A stretch of 64,000 bases of DNA from Candidatus Thorarchaeota archaeon (GTDB lineage Archaea; Asgardarchaeota; Thorarchaeia; Thorarchaeales; Thorarchaeaceae): positions 1 to 64,000 of the forward strand of contig SDNP01000004.1 in assembly GCA_004524445.1 (NCBI GenBank). Direction: 5' to 3'. Below, piece by piece: positions 26,562 through 36,743 of the stretch. The notes beneath the pieces were generated by a model. It was not told the origin of the DNA and made no database searches. It saw only the letters and a program-made list of their open reading frames with translations. Within the stretch, counting starts at the first letter, position 1. Each line of letters starts with the position of its first letter. A program made the translations under genes and the position numbers.

Positions 26562-27934
26562 AGAATTCGAAATTTTGCTACGAAAAACCCATTTGTTTTA
26601 TGGAGATGAGGGAAGAATCTTCTGACTTTCTTAGAGCAGTTGAATCCAGAATAGCCCTGCCCCGGAATATCTTCTATGTCTACTAGCTCAATATCGAATC
26701 TCTCGAGAACTGAGTCGATTTGGCTCTCGCCCTCGTGGGGCAACATAGAACAGGTTGAATAGACAACTTCAGTTTCAGGGTAATCTGAGTAAGAACTGAT
26801 CACGGCCTCGAGTAATTTACTCTGGATTGTCATCAGCGAAAATAGCCAGCTCTTATTTAATCTCCACTTGTACGATGGATGGCTTTGAAGCATTCCTGTA
26901 GATGTACAAGGTGCATCAATCAGGATTTTATTTGCGCCAGTGATTGGGCATTCTATCGCATCTCCTAGCAGCCAAGCAACAGAAGAACAACCCCATGATT
27001 TTAGTCGTTTCATGCTACCTTTGAGGCGATTACGATTGATATCGCTAGCAATCAGCTTGCCTTCATTTTCCATTTTTTCACAGATATACTGGGTCTTCAT
27101 TCCTGGTGCAGCACATGCGTCCCAAACAATATGCTCTGATTTTGGGCCAAGAATATCCACGGCTATTACGCTAGCTTTGTCATGTATAAGAACAGCCCCA
27201 TTTCTGAATTCTTTAGTCTGTATCAAATCTGCGAGACCTTCTCTCACAATGAAGAGGTTTTGAACCTCAGGGTCCGGTGCTAATGATACGCCCTTCGAAA
27301 TCAAATTCGAAATCGATAGAGTACCTATTTCTGACATCGTATTTGGTCTTAGATAAGTAATTGGCGGAGTCTGGTTTTCCTTCATTAATTCGATTACTTC
27401 ATCTTCATTCATGTGTTCCAACAATGTTTCGATAATAAATGTCGGATGTGAATAGAGGATGCTGAGTTTTTCAATCTCTGACAAGGATTCGATTGATTGA
27501 TCGAGATCAATTGCTGCTGCTGTCTGCAAAACGGAACGGAGTTTCGTTCTCCACTTCAGGTAGTGCGACCCCAGTGTCATTAAAGGTTCATTCAACCATC
27601 GATTCTCAAAAAGAGCCAATCTCAGACGAATTTGATCTTCGACGTCGAGTTTCCCGAATGAAAGAGTTGGATCTCCTCTTGTCAAGAGATAGTCAATAGT
27701 ATTCTTGTGTCTAATAACACTGATTACCAAATATTGGACCTGACGCTTGACAGCAGCGTCATCATGAGATTCTTGAAGATACATCCTAAGCATATGACGA
27801 AGGGATGCCTTTGTGTCTGCATATTTGACTATGACTTCAACTGCCCGAGCCCTTGCCAATCGGGTGATTTCATCTTGGTTCAAGGACAGTATGATTCGCT
27901 CCTTACTCTCAAATCTCAATGTTTGGGCCGACAT
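26558..27934 (-). CDS. RsmB/NOP2 (NOL1/Sun) family RNA m5C methyltransferase with NusB-like N-terminus
   Basis: DACAAPGMKT, DAPCTSTG, YSTCS, GFFVAK motifs. Start uncertain. Confidence 0.9.
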   Translation of the reverse strand: MSAQTLRFESKERIILSLNQDEITRLARARAVEVIVKYADTKASLRHMLRMYLQESHDDAAVKRQVQYLVISVIRHKNTIDYLLTRGDPTLSFGKLDVEDQIRLRLALFENRWLNEPLMTLGSHYLKWRTKLRSVLQTAAAIDLDQSIESLSEIEKLSILYSHPTFIIETLLEHMNEDEVIELMKENQTPPITYLRPNTMSEIGTLSISNLISKGVSLAPDPEVQNLFIVREGLADLIQTKEFRNGAVLIHDKASVIAVDILGPKSEHIVWDACAAPGMKTQYICEKMENEGKLIASDINRNRLKGSMKRLKSWGCSSVAWLLGDAIECPITGANKILIDAPCTSTGMLQSHPSYKWRLNKSWLFSLMTIQSKLLEAVISSYSDYPETEVVYSTCSMLPHEGESQIDSVLERFDIELVDIEDIPGQGYSGFNCSKKVRRFFPHLHKTNGFFVAKFRIL

Positions 27935-29573
27935 GAATATATTTCATACGTGTCAGCATTTCTTGGAAGTATTTTGCTCCGATGATACCAGAGTCCTTGT
28001 AGCCACCAAGATGCGGCATATGAGGATCAAAATAGAGATGGTCCTGCCCAATGCTCACTCCAGCTGCTTTGATTTCTTTGGACCATTTCATTCGTATTTT
28101 GGGGTCATCTGTGAAAATCGATGACCGAAGCCCAAATCGGGATGAGTTTGCAATTGCAAGAGCTTCATCAACGCTTGAAACACTCATGACTGGCAATGCG
28201 GGCGCAAAGACTTCCTCCCTAACAACACGCATATCCTGAGAGATATTCGTCAATACAGTGGGCTTGTAGAACAGACCAGCGGGATCGCGATTGCCCAGAT
28301 AATCCATGCGGTACCCTCCAGTTTCTATTTTGGCCCCTTTTGCTACCGCGTCATTCATCTGGTCTACCAAAAGATAGAGAGCAGTCACACCCACCGGGGG
28401 TAAGGTGACTTCAGGGTTGGATGGTCGCCCAGCTTTTAGTTTCTCTGCCTCCTCAACAATTAGTTGCACGAGGTCGTCATGAAGGTTATCCTGAACCAAT
28501 AGACGTTTTACCGCCATGCATGCCTGACCGCTACCCAGGTATCTTCCCTTAACAATCATCTTTGCAGCAAAATCCAAATCAACATCACTTCCCCAAACCA
28601 GCGAGGCATCGCTGCCGGCTAGTTCGGGAGCCATCTGAATTCTTAGGGACACAGCATTGGACCATAGCTCGGTGCCGGTTTCACTATCACCATACCACAC
28701 GATTGCACCAACTCGCGGGTCCTTCATGAATCTAGTCATGAGCTTCTTGCCGCCGCCGGTCAATACCTGGACCATCGACCGTGGAAGGTCCATTTCCTGG
28801 AACTTCTCAGTGAATATTCGACCAAGCAGAATCGTGCTCAGTGGAACTTTGCTTGGAGGCTTCAGAATGGTAGCATTTCCTGCGAGTATAGATGAGGTTA
28901 TACTAAGAATTCCCAAAGCAAGTGGGGAATTGTATGGCGTGAAAAGACAAGCTATGCCGTAGGGTTCACGAAAACGGAGATTTCGACCTCCATCTCGTCC
29001 TGGTTTTTCAATGACATCAAGGCTCTGACCCCAGATCTCAAACGTTTCCCGTTCCAGATACTCTGTGAACATATCCCATGTCCAGTTGAACGTTCCAATA
29101 GGAACTCCCTCTTTTACTGAAACATCACGGACCTCTTCATATCGGTCTTTTACAGCCAGGCCAGCTTCGTACAGAGCATCAACGCGCTCATCCAGTGTAA
29201 CCCCCATGCCCTCCTCTCGAAGTGGATTAAAGAGGGTTTTGTAGTCGCGTACGCCGGCTTGGAGAGCAGCATTGATATCGGATTCTCTGGCTATGGACAC
29301 CTTTGCATAGATTACATCATCAAGCTCATCATTGGAATAGTTTGGAACTCCGTGATGTCGTCTATAGTCACGCAAGTACCTCATCTGTGCATTGCTTTCG
29401 GGAATGAGCCGAGGAGCCCGTTTGAAAAAAAGCCGCTGAACAGCTGTTGCCTCTCTCATTTGGAGGGCAATTGCTAACCCCGGGTCCTGGACGATTCTAT
29501 CCATGTCAGGAAAGACAGCATATTGACCTGTATCGATTTCATTACCATCAACAAGTATTGGATAGACTTCCAT
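27909..29573 (-). CDS. Aldehyde dehydrogenase family protein
   Basis: REPYG, PYNSP, LKPPS, ELAGSD, GQAC, EEVFAP, GGYKDSG motifs. Confidence 0.9.
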   Translation of the reverse strand: MEVYPILVDGNEIDTGQYAVFPDMDRIVQDPGLAIALQMREATAVQRLFFKRAPRLIPESNAQMRYLRDYRRHHGVPNYSNDELDDVIYAKVSIARESDINAALQAGVRDYKTLFNPLREEGMGVTLDERVDALYEAGLAVKDRYEEVRDVSVKEGVPIGTFNWTWDMFTEYLERETFEIWGQSLDVIEKPGRDGGRNLRFREPYGIACLFTPYNSPLALGILSITSSILAGNATILKPPSKVPLSTILLGRIFTEKFQEMDLPRSMVQVLTGGGKKLMTRFMKDPRVGAIVWYGDSETGTELWSNAVSLRIQMAPELAGSDASLVWGSDVDLDFAAKMIVKGRYLGSGQACMAVKRLLVQDNLHDDLVQLIVEEAEKLKAGRPSNPEVTLPPVGVTALYLLVDQMNDAVAKGAKIETGGYRMDYLGNRDPAGLFYKPTVLTNISQDMRVVREEVFAPALPVMSVSSVDEALAIANSSRFGLRSSIFTDDPKIRMKWSKEIKAAGVSIGQDHLYFDPHMPHLGGYKDSGIIGAKYFQEMLTRMKYIHVGPNIEI

Positions 29574-29884
29574 GAGGATACCTCGATTCTCTCTAGAGAA
29601 ACCAACGAGCATGACTCGTACTAATAGTTTTTCCGATAAAAAAAGAGTCAACAATTGAGGGGTCTTGATGCCCAAAATGCGATACAAGAGAAAAAACTCG
29701 AGATATACCAAGAAAAGGATTCGCTCATGCCTGTATTCTATTTCTGCTATTCTGCACCTCGAACAGATAAAGTGCAACTCTTGTCATTAGTGAGAGTTCA
29801 CTTAAGCAGACATAGTCTAAAGACTGGAAACTACTAGAATATCCAAAAGAATAGGGGTTCATCATAAGAGGTTTGTCAAAGTAC

Positions 29885-30373
29885 TCACTCAAGCTCTCGC
29901 TTGTACAGTTGTACAGGCATGCCCTTTTCTTGTTCATATGGCTCTCCCCACGGTTCGAAACCATATTTCTCCATCAGACGCTCTCCAACATCTTGCCCAA
30001 CAAGAATGTTGCAGTAGTTGCGTTCGCATCCATGGTTTCTAGCATATTTGGCAAATTGCTCATACATTGCTGAAGCCAATCCACTCCCACGACACCGTGG
30101 ATGAACAGTCTGATGCTCACCAAACAAGCCCTTCTCAGTGATTTTCGCCTTATAGACTCCCACTATTTCGCCCTCTAGTCTGGCTCCAAAATAGTGATAG
30201 CCCTCTCGCATATCCTCCTTGATCTGTCTGGGGCTATACATTCTCTTCTCTCGCCAGCTTTCTGGGTATTCCTTGGCGTGAGGCCAGACCTCTTTCATGA
30301 GCTCTGAAATCTCCTCTGCATCGTCTTCATCGAATTCGATTATGCGGATTTTTTCGCTAGGAAATTCAGACAT
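29885..30373 (-). CDS. GNAT family N-acetyltransferase
   Basis: VHPRCRGSGLA acetyl-CoA motif; KYGF. Confidence 0.85.
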   Translation of the reverse strand: MSEFPSEKIRIIEFDEDDAEEISELMKEVWPHAKEYPESWREKRMYSPRQIKEDMREGYHYFGARLEGEIVGVYKAKITEKGLFGEHQTVHPRCRGSGLASAMYEQFAKYARNHGCERNYCNILVGQDVGERLMEKYGFEPWGEPYEQEKGMPVQLYKRELE

Positions 30374-30434
30374 TAGATTCACAAAGGAATTTGCGGGTAG
30401 TACACATAAATCTCTGGCTATCGGTCTTGAGGGG

Positions 30435-31553
30435 CTATCGAGTCACAGATTGCGCCCAGTCATAGGCTTCTTGGATGGGTGTGCAAGCCCCACATTTTGA
30501 ACAACCGGCACTTACTGCGTTTGGATTAAGATTGTTCTCCAAAAGAATTTTACCAGCGATTTTATAGAATGCAATTGATGCTCCAAGTTCTCCAACATAA
30601 GACGGAATGAAACTGGGAAGTTTGCTTCCTGGAGCGGGTCGTATTGGTGCGACTATCGTAGTAACTCCCATCTCTGCTAAATGGCGAATATATCTCAATG
30701 TTTCATCCGTTCGCTCCCCCAGTCCGTGAAGCAAGAAAGTGCTGACCTCACCTCTACCGAATATCTCGACCGCTTTCCGCCAAATTCGCTCATATTCTTC
30801 AACACTGGCGTAATCATATTTGCCAGGACAGACTCTCTGACGTATGTTATCATCTGCAGTCTCTAGATGTATGCCAACTGAGTTGACCCCAGCTTCGTTC
30901 AATTCATTCAGTACAGAAATTTCTGCAGGGGGCTCAAGCTGAACAGCTATCGGAAGAGTTGACACCTTTCGGATTTCTCTGGAAATAGCAGCTAGTCGCT
31001 TTCCTCCAGCATCAGAACCCTCGGGTGTCCCCGTGGTCAAGAGAATGTGTTCAATTAGACCCTCATTCTCTCCTGCAAGAACAACTTCTGCGACCTGTGT
31101 CGGTTCCTTTTCCAAGATCGTATTTTCCATTTGAAGAGATGTTGGAATTGTGCAGAATTTACACTGTGTTCCATGGGACCAATATCTGCATTTTTGATAA
31201 ACGGTAGTTGCCAAACATGTGCTGCCATGAAGCAAGGCAATCTTCCAATATGGAATTCCTTCATCTACCTCAAGATCATAGAAGGAGGGCCTGCTCACTT
31301 CCTGCAGCTCAATTTCGGAATCATATAGCCATAATCCTTCATCATTCAGGGGCGCTAATGAAGCGGAACCGAATTGCTCGGCTGTTTCGCCTCTTCGGAT
31401 AGGAATACCACAGGGTTTTCCATTTGGCAATATGAAGTATCTAGCACCGACAGGTCCTGCGCCACCTTTCCGGACACTATCATAGCCCTCGGGCAAGGTG
31501 GCACCCTGAGTGAGAAGTCGAACTTTGAGTCTAAGGATTCCTTCTGGGTCCAT
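30435..31553 (-). CDS. Radical SAM protein (MSMEG_0568/NitD- or LipS1-like)
   Basis: RKGGAGP, LATTVYQKCRYWSHGTQCKFC (Cx8CxxC), C-terminal AGCSKCGAC. Confidence 0.8.
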   Translation of the reverse strand: MDPEGILRLKVRLLTQGATLPEGYDSVRKGGAGPVGARYFILPNGKPCGIPIRRGETAEQFGSASLAPLNDEGLWLYDSEIELQEVSRPSFYDLEVDEGIPYWKIALLHGSTCLATTVYQKCRYWSHGTQCKFCTIPTSLQMENTILEKEPTQVAEVVLAGENEGLIEHILLTTGTPEGSDAGGKRLAAISREIRKVSTLPIAVQLEPPAEISVLNELNEAGVNSVGIHLETADDNIRQRVCPGKYDYASVEEYERIWRKAVEIFGRGEVSTFLLHGLGERTDETLRYIRHLAEMGVTTIVAPIRPAPGSKLPSFIPSYVGELGASIAFYKIAGKILLENNLNPNAVSAGCSKCGACTPIQEAYDWAQSVTR

Positions 31554-31585
31554 TTTCCTATACCGCTTTGCATGATACTTTCTGC

Positions 31586-32704
31586 TTACGCACTCTTAAA
31601 CTCACGGCTACGGGCGAATTCTACAAGCTCTGATAGATCCAAAACTTCGAGATCATAGTCAGCTTCTGCATTCAGCATATTCTTGCAGAATGGACAAGTG
31701 CTGACCAATATTCCAGCACCTGTTTCCTTGGCTTGGCGAATACGCTCCTTTCCAATCTTGTGAGCATAGTCAGGGAAGAGGGTACGCAATCCCGCACCAT
31801 TCCCACAGCACATGGCATTCTCACGAGATTGGTCCATCTCTACAACTTCTTTTCCAGTGACAGTTTCTATAACACTTCTCGGAGCGTCATAAATCTCTGA
31901 GTGGCGTCCCAAGTGGCAAGGATCATGATAAGTCAAATTCGTTTCAAAATCCGTCTTCGGGAGCGAATCCAGTCGATGTTCCAAGAATTCGCTTAGGTGA
32001 ACCACAGGTTTGTTGAGATTGATGCCATAATCTGCATAATCATTGGTTAGGGTTTTATAGCAACCCGGGCAAGTCACAAGAATCTCATCAGCATCTAATG
32101 AATTTAGTAGATCTGCATTGTGCTGTGCAACTCGTTTGGAAGCTTCTTCAAAACCAGTCCTGACCAAAGGTGAGCCGCAACACCATTCATCAGGAGCTAC
32201 TTGAACTGAATAATTCAAATGATGCAAAAGAGAAACGGTTGCTCGGGCAATCTCTTTTTCCCGATATGAGGAAGTACATCCTGCAAAGTAGATGATGTCT
32301 GTTTTCTCTTGTGTTTCAACTCCTAGCCATTGGTTTCTTTCATCGTGATCCTCTCTAAATGGGTTATGATGAGATTCTATTGACTCCCTTAGCGAATTCA
32401 ATCCAGCTGGTTGAAGGTCTCTTGAAACAAGTGATTTTCGCATAGATTCTACAATCTCAGCAATATCTACTCCTGGAAGACACCATGTCAAACATTGACT
32501 ACATTGTAGACATTGATAGAGAACTTCAGCTCCTCGACTATCAATATCCCTTGTTTCTGTATTCTCGTAATGTATGAGAAGCGCCCTTCCATGGGGCGTG
32601 GGTGAGTCAGATCGCCACGCAAAAAATGTGGGACAACGGTGTCGACACATCTTTGGACAACCGGCACAGAGTCGCACTTGTTCTGCGATTTCCTGTGGCT
32701 CCAT
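31586..32704 (-). CDS. Fe-S oxidoreductase, GlpC/HdrD-like (ferredoxin + two CCG domains)
   Basis: CAGCPKMCRHRCP, CLQCSQCLTWC, WCCG, YHDPCHLGR, MCCG, TCPFC motifs. Confidence 0.85.
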   Translation of the reverse strand: MEPQEIAEQVRLCAGCPKMCRHRCPTFFAWRSDSPTPHGRALLIHYENTETRDIDSRGAEVLYQCLQCSQCLTWCLPGVDIAEIVESMRKSLVSRDLQPAGLNSLRESIESHHNPFREDHDERNQWLGVETQEKTDIIYFAGCTSSYREKEIARATVSLLHHLNYSVQVAPDEWCCGSPLVRTGFEEASKRVAQHNADLLNSLDADEILVTCPGCYKTLTNDYADYGINLNKPVVHLSEFLEHRLDSLPKTDFETNLTYHDPCHLGRHSEIYDAPRSVIETVTGKEVVEMDQSRENAMCCGNGAGLRTLFPDYAHKIGKERIRQAKETGAGILVSTCPFCKNMLNAEADYDLEVLDLSELVEFARSREFKSA

Positions 32705-32706
32705 GA

Positions 32707-34131
32707 CTATTTGCCTCCCATACCAAGCTTTCCTGGGTTCATAATCCCATTCGGGTCGATTACTTGTTTTATCGCCCTTAGCGTTTGAAAAGCTGAACCT
32801 AATTGGTCCTCTGTATAAGTACTCCTGACGAGACCCACTCCATGTTGATGACTCATCGTGCCGCCCTCTCTTAGGCAAGCTGCAATTCCATCGTCCCATA
32901 TTTTTCTATATGTTTCCCAAGCGGCGTCAGCATCTGGTTGAGAAGTGAAAAAAATCATGTAGATGGACCCTCCGTTCTGATACATATGCGAAAAATGTGA
33001 CATGACAATTGCATCATGAGCCTCCATGGCTTCCTTCATTGCATGATAGACGTTCTCCAGTTTATCATATGTGGCCACAATATCTATAGTGTCACCAATG
33101 GCATACCCAGCTGTGGTAAACTTGGTAGGATAGTACATATCGTAACGATGTTGCCACCATCGCCTTGCAGGAGCCGCGCCATAATCTGTTCCTCCATTTG
33201 CCAGACAAATATTGGTGCACATCATCTCATCGACTTCCACCTGCTCGCGTGTTCCGTCAAATGCCAGTAGTAGCATGCAATCCCCCTCGGGGACATCAAA
33301 ATGGACACTCATTGACATTGCTGTGTCTTCTGGGTCGTAGAGTCTTACTACCGATGGTTTGATTCCCCTGCGGAATATTTGCTGTATTGCATGAAGACCC
33401 GTATGAACATCAGCGAAGACGAAGCTTCTGAATCTTCGCTCTTCAGGCATGGGAAACAATCGGAGTGTAGCCTCCGTAATTATTCCCAATGCGCCTTCTG
33501 AGCCTATGAATAGCTGTTTCAAATCAGGACCAACTGAATGTCTTGGAACAGCCTCCAGATTCACGATGCTACCATCGGGCAAGACCACTTGGAGGCCAAG
33601 ACAAAGGTCCTCAATCTTGCCATATAGAGAAGACATTGAACCACCTGAACGTGTGCCAATGAAACCGCCGACATTGGAGGCACGGAGGGAAGTAGGTGTG
33701 TGTCCAGTTATGTAACCTGCTTTGTTCACATATTCCTCTAAGTCGATACCTACGACACCAGCCTCTACCCGGACGAGCATCGATTCATGATCGATGCCAT
33801 GAACCTTGTTCATTCTTTTCATGTCAACCTGTACACCGCCATAAATCGGTAGGGTTCCTCCGCAGCTTCCTGCACCACCACCAACAGGGGTCACAGGGAC
33901 CTTCATCTCATTACAGATTCTCAAAATCTCTGACACTTCCTCAGCAGATTTGGGAAATACGATGATATCAGCAATAGGAAGTCTTTCGCCGGCCCGAATT
34001 CTGGCTGCACTCAAGGGGAAGGCATCATGCGCATTGAGAATACCGTCTGTTTCTTGCATGGTAACATGGTCAGGACCAACTACTTCTTTCAATGCATCGT
34101 GCAGCTTGTCTTTCTTCTTTTTTTCCAGCAT
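32707..34131 (-). CDS. FAD-linked oxidoreductase, alkyl-DHAP synthase (AGPS)-like
   Basis: GHTPTS..SNVGGFIGTR, YGKIEDL, GPDLKQLFIGSEG, VRLYD, HFSHMY, SHQHGVG, DPNGIMNPGK motifs. Confidence 0.8.
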   Translation of the reverse strand: MLEKKKKDKLHDALKEVVGPDHVTMQETDGILNAHDAFPLSAARIRAGERLPIADIIVFPKSAEEVSEILRICNEMKVPVTPVGGGAGSCGGTLPIYGGVQVDMKRMNKVHGIDHESMLVRVEAGVVGIDLEEYVNKAGYITGHTPTSLRASNVGGFIGTRSGGSMSSLYGKIEDLCLGLQVVLPDGSIVNLEAVPRHSVGPDLKQLFIGSEGALGIITEATLRLFPMPEERRFRSFVFADVHTGLHAIQQIFRRGIKPSVVRLYDPEDTAMSMSVHFDVPEGDCMLLLAFDGTREQVEVDEMMCTNICLANGGTDYGAAPARRWWQHRYDMYYPTKFTTAGYAIGDTIDIVATYDKLENVYHAMKEAMEAHDAIVMSHFSHMYQNGGSIYMIFFTSQPDADAAWETYRKIWDDGIAACLREGGTMSHQHGVGLVRSTYTEDQLGSAFQTLRAIKQVIDPNGIMNPGKLGMGGK

Positions 34132-34137
34132 AGTAAC

Positions 34138-35385
34138 TCAGTCCTCCTTCTCAGCAAGCCTTCTAGCAATGAACACACTGAGATCTTCAACATCGATATC
34201 AATACCATTTCTGAACAGATTATCCTCAATTTGTGCGGTGCATAATGGGCACGGAGTAACGACTCTTTTTCCTTCAGTACCTGAGATTGCGCGAACATTC
34301 TCATCAACGACTCTCTTAGCCACATCAGGCGAATGTCTGGCAACTAGCCCACCGCCTCCGCAGCAAGAGTCATGTGCGCTTTCTTCATCAACCCTAACGC
34401 CATCCATTATTTCGAGAATATCCAGCGCGTAGCGCATTACTTGGCGAGATGTATGTCGTATAAGATGACATGGGTCGTGGACAGTCACAACAATCTCTTC
34501 TGGTTGCTTCTGCTGGCGTACTGCATCTTTAATCCGGTCTAATCCAATTTCTTCCACCAAGTACTCCAACATATGATAGGTGGGTAGTTGCCATCCATGA
34601 CTATTAACAACACTAGTTAGATTAGAGGTACAACCAGCACAGGTGGTCACAACCGCCTGCACACCCAATGAATCAATCTTTTCCTTTAGTAACTTTGCAA
34701 GAATTTCAGCCTGCTCATGGTCACCAATCAACCTTGATGGCATTCCGCAACAGCTCAATTCTTCGAGGAGAGTATAATCAACATCAAAATACTCCAAAAT
34801 TATCTTCCCCGCCTCTCTGACCTCCTGTGCCCGCTCTTCAGCTTGACAACCCGGGTAGAATAGAACTTTGGCATCCTTCTTAATTCGTTCCTTGTAAAAG
34901 GGTAAGTTTAGGCGTTCCAATCGCATATCCCGACTGGCATTCTTATCCTCAATGTCCTCCCACGGTTCAAATGCAAGATTGTGCTCGTGAATAATTGCAT
35001 TCTGAGCATGCAACGCATCAGGAACCAAATCCGGCCGTTGCGTAAATATACGTGCACGGATGATATTCACAATTTCTGGGATGTCGACATTGTTGGGACA
35101 TACTTCTCGGCAAGTCCCACAGCCAGTGCAAAGGTAGACGTGGTCACCAGTGCACCAGAATTCGGGAGGAGTTCGACTGAATTCAACTGCAATACTCCTC
35201 GGACCTGCAAAGCGATCAACTCCAACTGCAGAAACAACTGGGCAATGATTGATACATAGACCGCAATTGATACACTGCTCGATGCTATGGATGGTTTCCA
35301 GTTCGGAGGGCTCGTAGGGTTGAATGCCCTCCTCCTTCAGGGTATTCTTGACGAATTCGTATGATTCTTCTTCGCTCATTTTCAT
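34138..35385 (-). CDS. glpC: Anaerobic glycerol-3-phosphate dehydrogenase subunit C-like Fe-S protein
   Basis: CINCGLCINHCP, CTGCGTCREVCP, two CCG domains; directly downstream of glpB. Confidence 0.75.
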   Translation of the reverse strand: MKMSEEESYEFVKNTLKEEGIQPYEPSELETIHSIEQCINCGLCINHCPVVSAVGVDRFAGPRSIAVEFSRTPPEFWCTGDHVYLCTGCGTCREVCPNNVDIPEIVNIIRARIFTQRPDLVPDALHAQNAIIHEHNLAFEPWEDIEDKNASRDMRLERLNLPFYKERIKKDAKVLFYPGCQAEERAQEVREAGKIILEYFDVDYTLLEELSCCGMPSRLIGDHEQAEILAKLLKEKIDSLGVQAVVTTCAGCTSNLTSVVNSHGWQLPTYHMLEYLVEEIGLDRIKDAVRQQKQPEEIVVTVHDPCHLIRHTSRQVMRYALDILEIMDGVRVDEESAHDSCCGGGGLVARHSPDVAKRVVDENVRAISGTEGKRVVTPCPLCTAQIEDNLFRNGIDIDVEDLSVFIARRLAEKED

Positions 35386-36743
35386 GCCTCCTCTGCATAT
35401 TCTGTTGCAATTCCACCCGCTACATGCCCCGACAAGAGAGCTACTCCGAGACCGCTCTTTTCCACGGGATAATTGTGCCCCGATAAAACTCCACCAGCGC
35501 AGAATAGATTCTCAGCGAATATGGCGCCACTGGAATCAAGCGCACGAAGCTTATGATCATAGGGAACACCTGAAGCAAAGAGTGAATGGCCTTTTGGAGA
35601 GATGGCTGTAATATTCGTCAAATGCACGGGTTTCTCACCAACTAGCAATCTTCGGTCTACATCTACAACTGGAAGTCCAAATAGACGCTCGCGCAGCCCC
35701 GTTTCAGTACCGTGAATCCCACCTCCAAGGAATTTTCCAGTTGCCAGAATTATTGCTTTGGCAGTTAACTCTAGGGTTCTTCGAGGACTTTTTGCTGACA
35801 CTGAAGAAATGACGCCATTTTTCTCATGACTGATTGCCTCATGTCCAATCAGCAATGTTCCACCAGCTTTCCTGAATGCCATTTCAAGAGAGCGGGATAG
35901 CCTATATCCGGGTACCGAGGGAGGAAATGATAGCAACTCGAAGACAGCTGCTCCTGTTTCCTTTTCCAGAGCAGCTCTTATTTCTCTGGCATTGTGAATC
36001 CCCAGTAATGGAGCCATAGCAACGTGCGTCGCGCCGATTTTACTGACCTCAGCTGAAAGGGTTTCTTTGAGAATCTCGAGGCCTTCTTCAGTTTCAATAT
36101 ATCTCGCCGCGTCCATCATTGCGATATTGTAGGGTTTACCAAAGGGCGCGAGCTCAAGGTCAGTTTGCGCAACCTTTTGATTTCCTGTTTCGCTTGTTAT
36201 TTGATGGTCTAAGTAGGTTCGTGCTGAAACACGGGAATTAAAATCTTGAAGACCCTTGATTCCTGCGAAGAGAAGAACGGAAGTGTCATCTGCAGCAGAT
36301 CCGGCTACCATTGTATCTTGAACCAGGGCTGAGGGCTTTGTTGTTCCGAGTACCGTCAAGAGAGCAAGGTTCTTCTGTAGTCCACCAACAAACCGAATCT
36401 CAGCATCTTCAAGCAATGATCTTAACCATTCTACAGATTGGTTCATTCTTTCTATTAGATAGTCAGAAGAATTAGCTGCATCCCGATTTCTCCTACTGAG
36501 TACTGTGTATGGGTGGAAAGGCATCAATCGGGTTACAGCATTCAAGCCCTCGATTGGAGATAGAAACGGAATTGTAGCACCCGGAAGATAACCGAGAACA
36601 TCAATTGCGCCAGATGAGTCCGATGTGGCGCCCTCGCCTTTTCTAACGATTGTAACTGATGCGCCCTCCTGAGCGGCCTTTGTTCCAGCAACCAGACCAG
36701 CCATCCCACCTCCAATGATAAGTATATCAGAGTCCATTCTCAA
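35382..36743 (-). CDS. glpB: Anaerobic glycerol-3-phosphate dehydrogenase subunit B
   Basis: IIGGGMAG, SSGAIDVLG, PPSVPGYRL, LATGKFLGGG, SGLGVAL motifs. Confidence 0.88.
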   Translation of the reverse strand: MRMDSDILIIGGGMAGLVAGTKAAQEGASVTIVRKGEGATSDSSGAIDVLGYLPGATIPFLSPIEGLNAVTRLMPFHPYTVLSRRNRDAANSSDYLIERMNQSVEWLRSLLEDAEIRFVGGLQKNLALLTVLGTTKPSALVQDTMVAGSAADDTSVLLFAGIKGLQDFNSRVSARTYLDHQITSETGNQKVAQTDLELAPFGKPYNIAMMDAARYIETEEGLEILKETLSAEVSKIGATHVAMAPLLGIHNAREIRAALEKETGAAVFELLSFPPSVPGYRLSRSLEMAFRKAGGTLLIGHEAISHEKNGVISSVSAKSPRRTLELTAKAIILATGKFLGGGIHGTETGLRERLFGLPVVDVDRRLLVGEKPVHLTNITAISPKGHSLFASGVPYDHKLRALDSSGAIFAENLFCAGGVLSGHNYPVEKSGLGVALLSGHVAGGIATEYAEEA

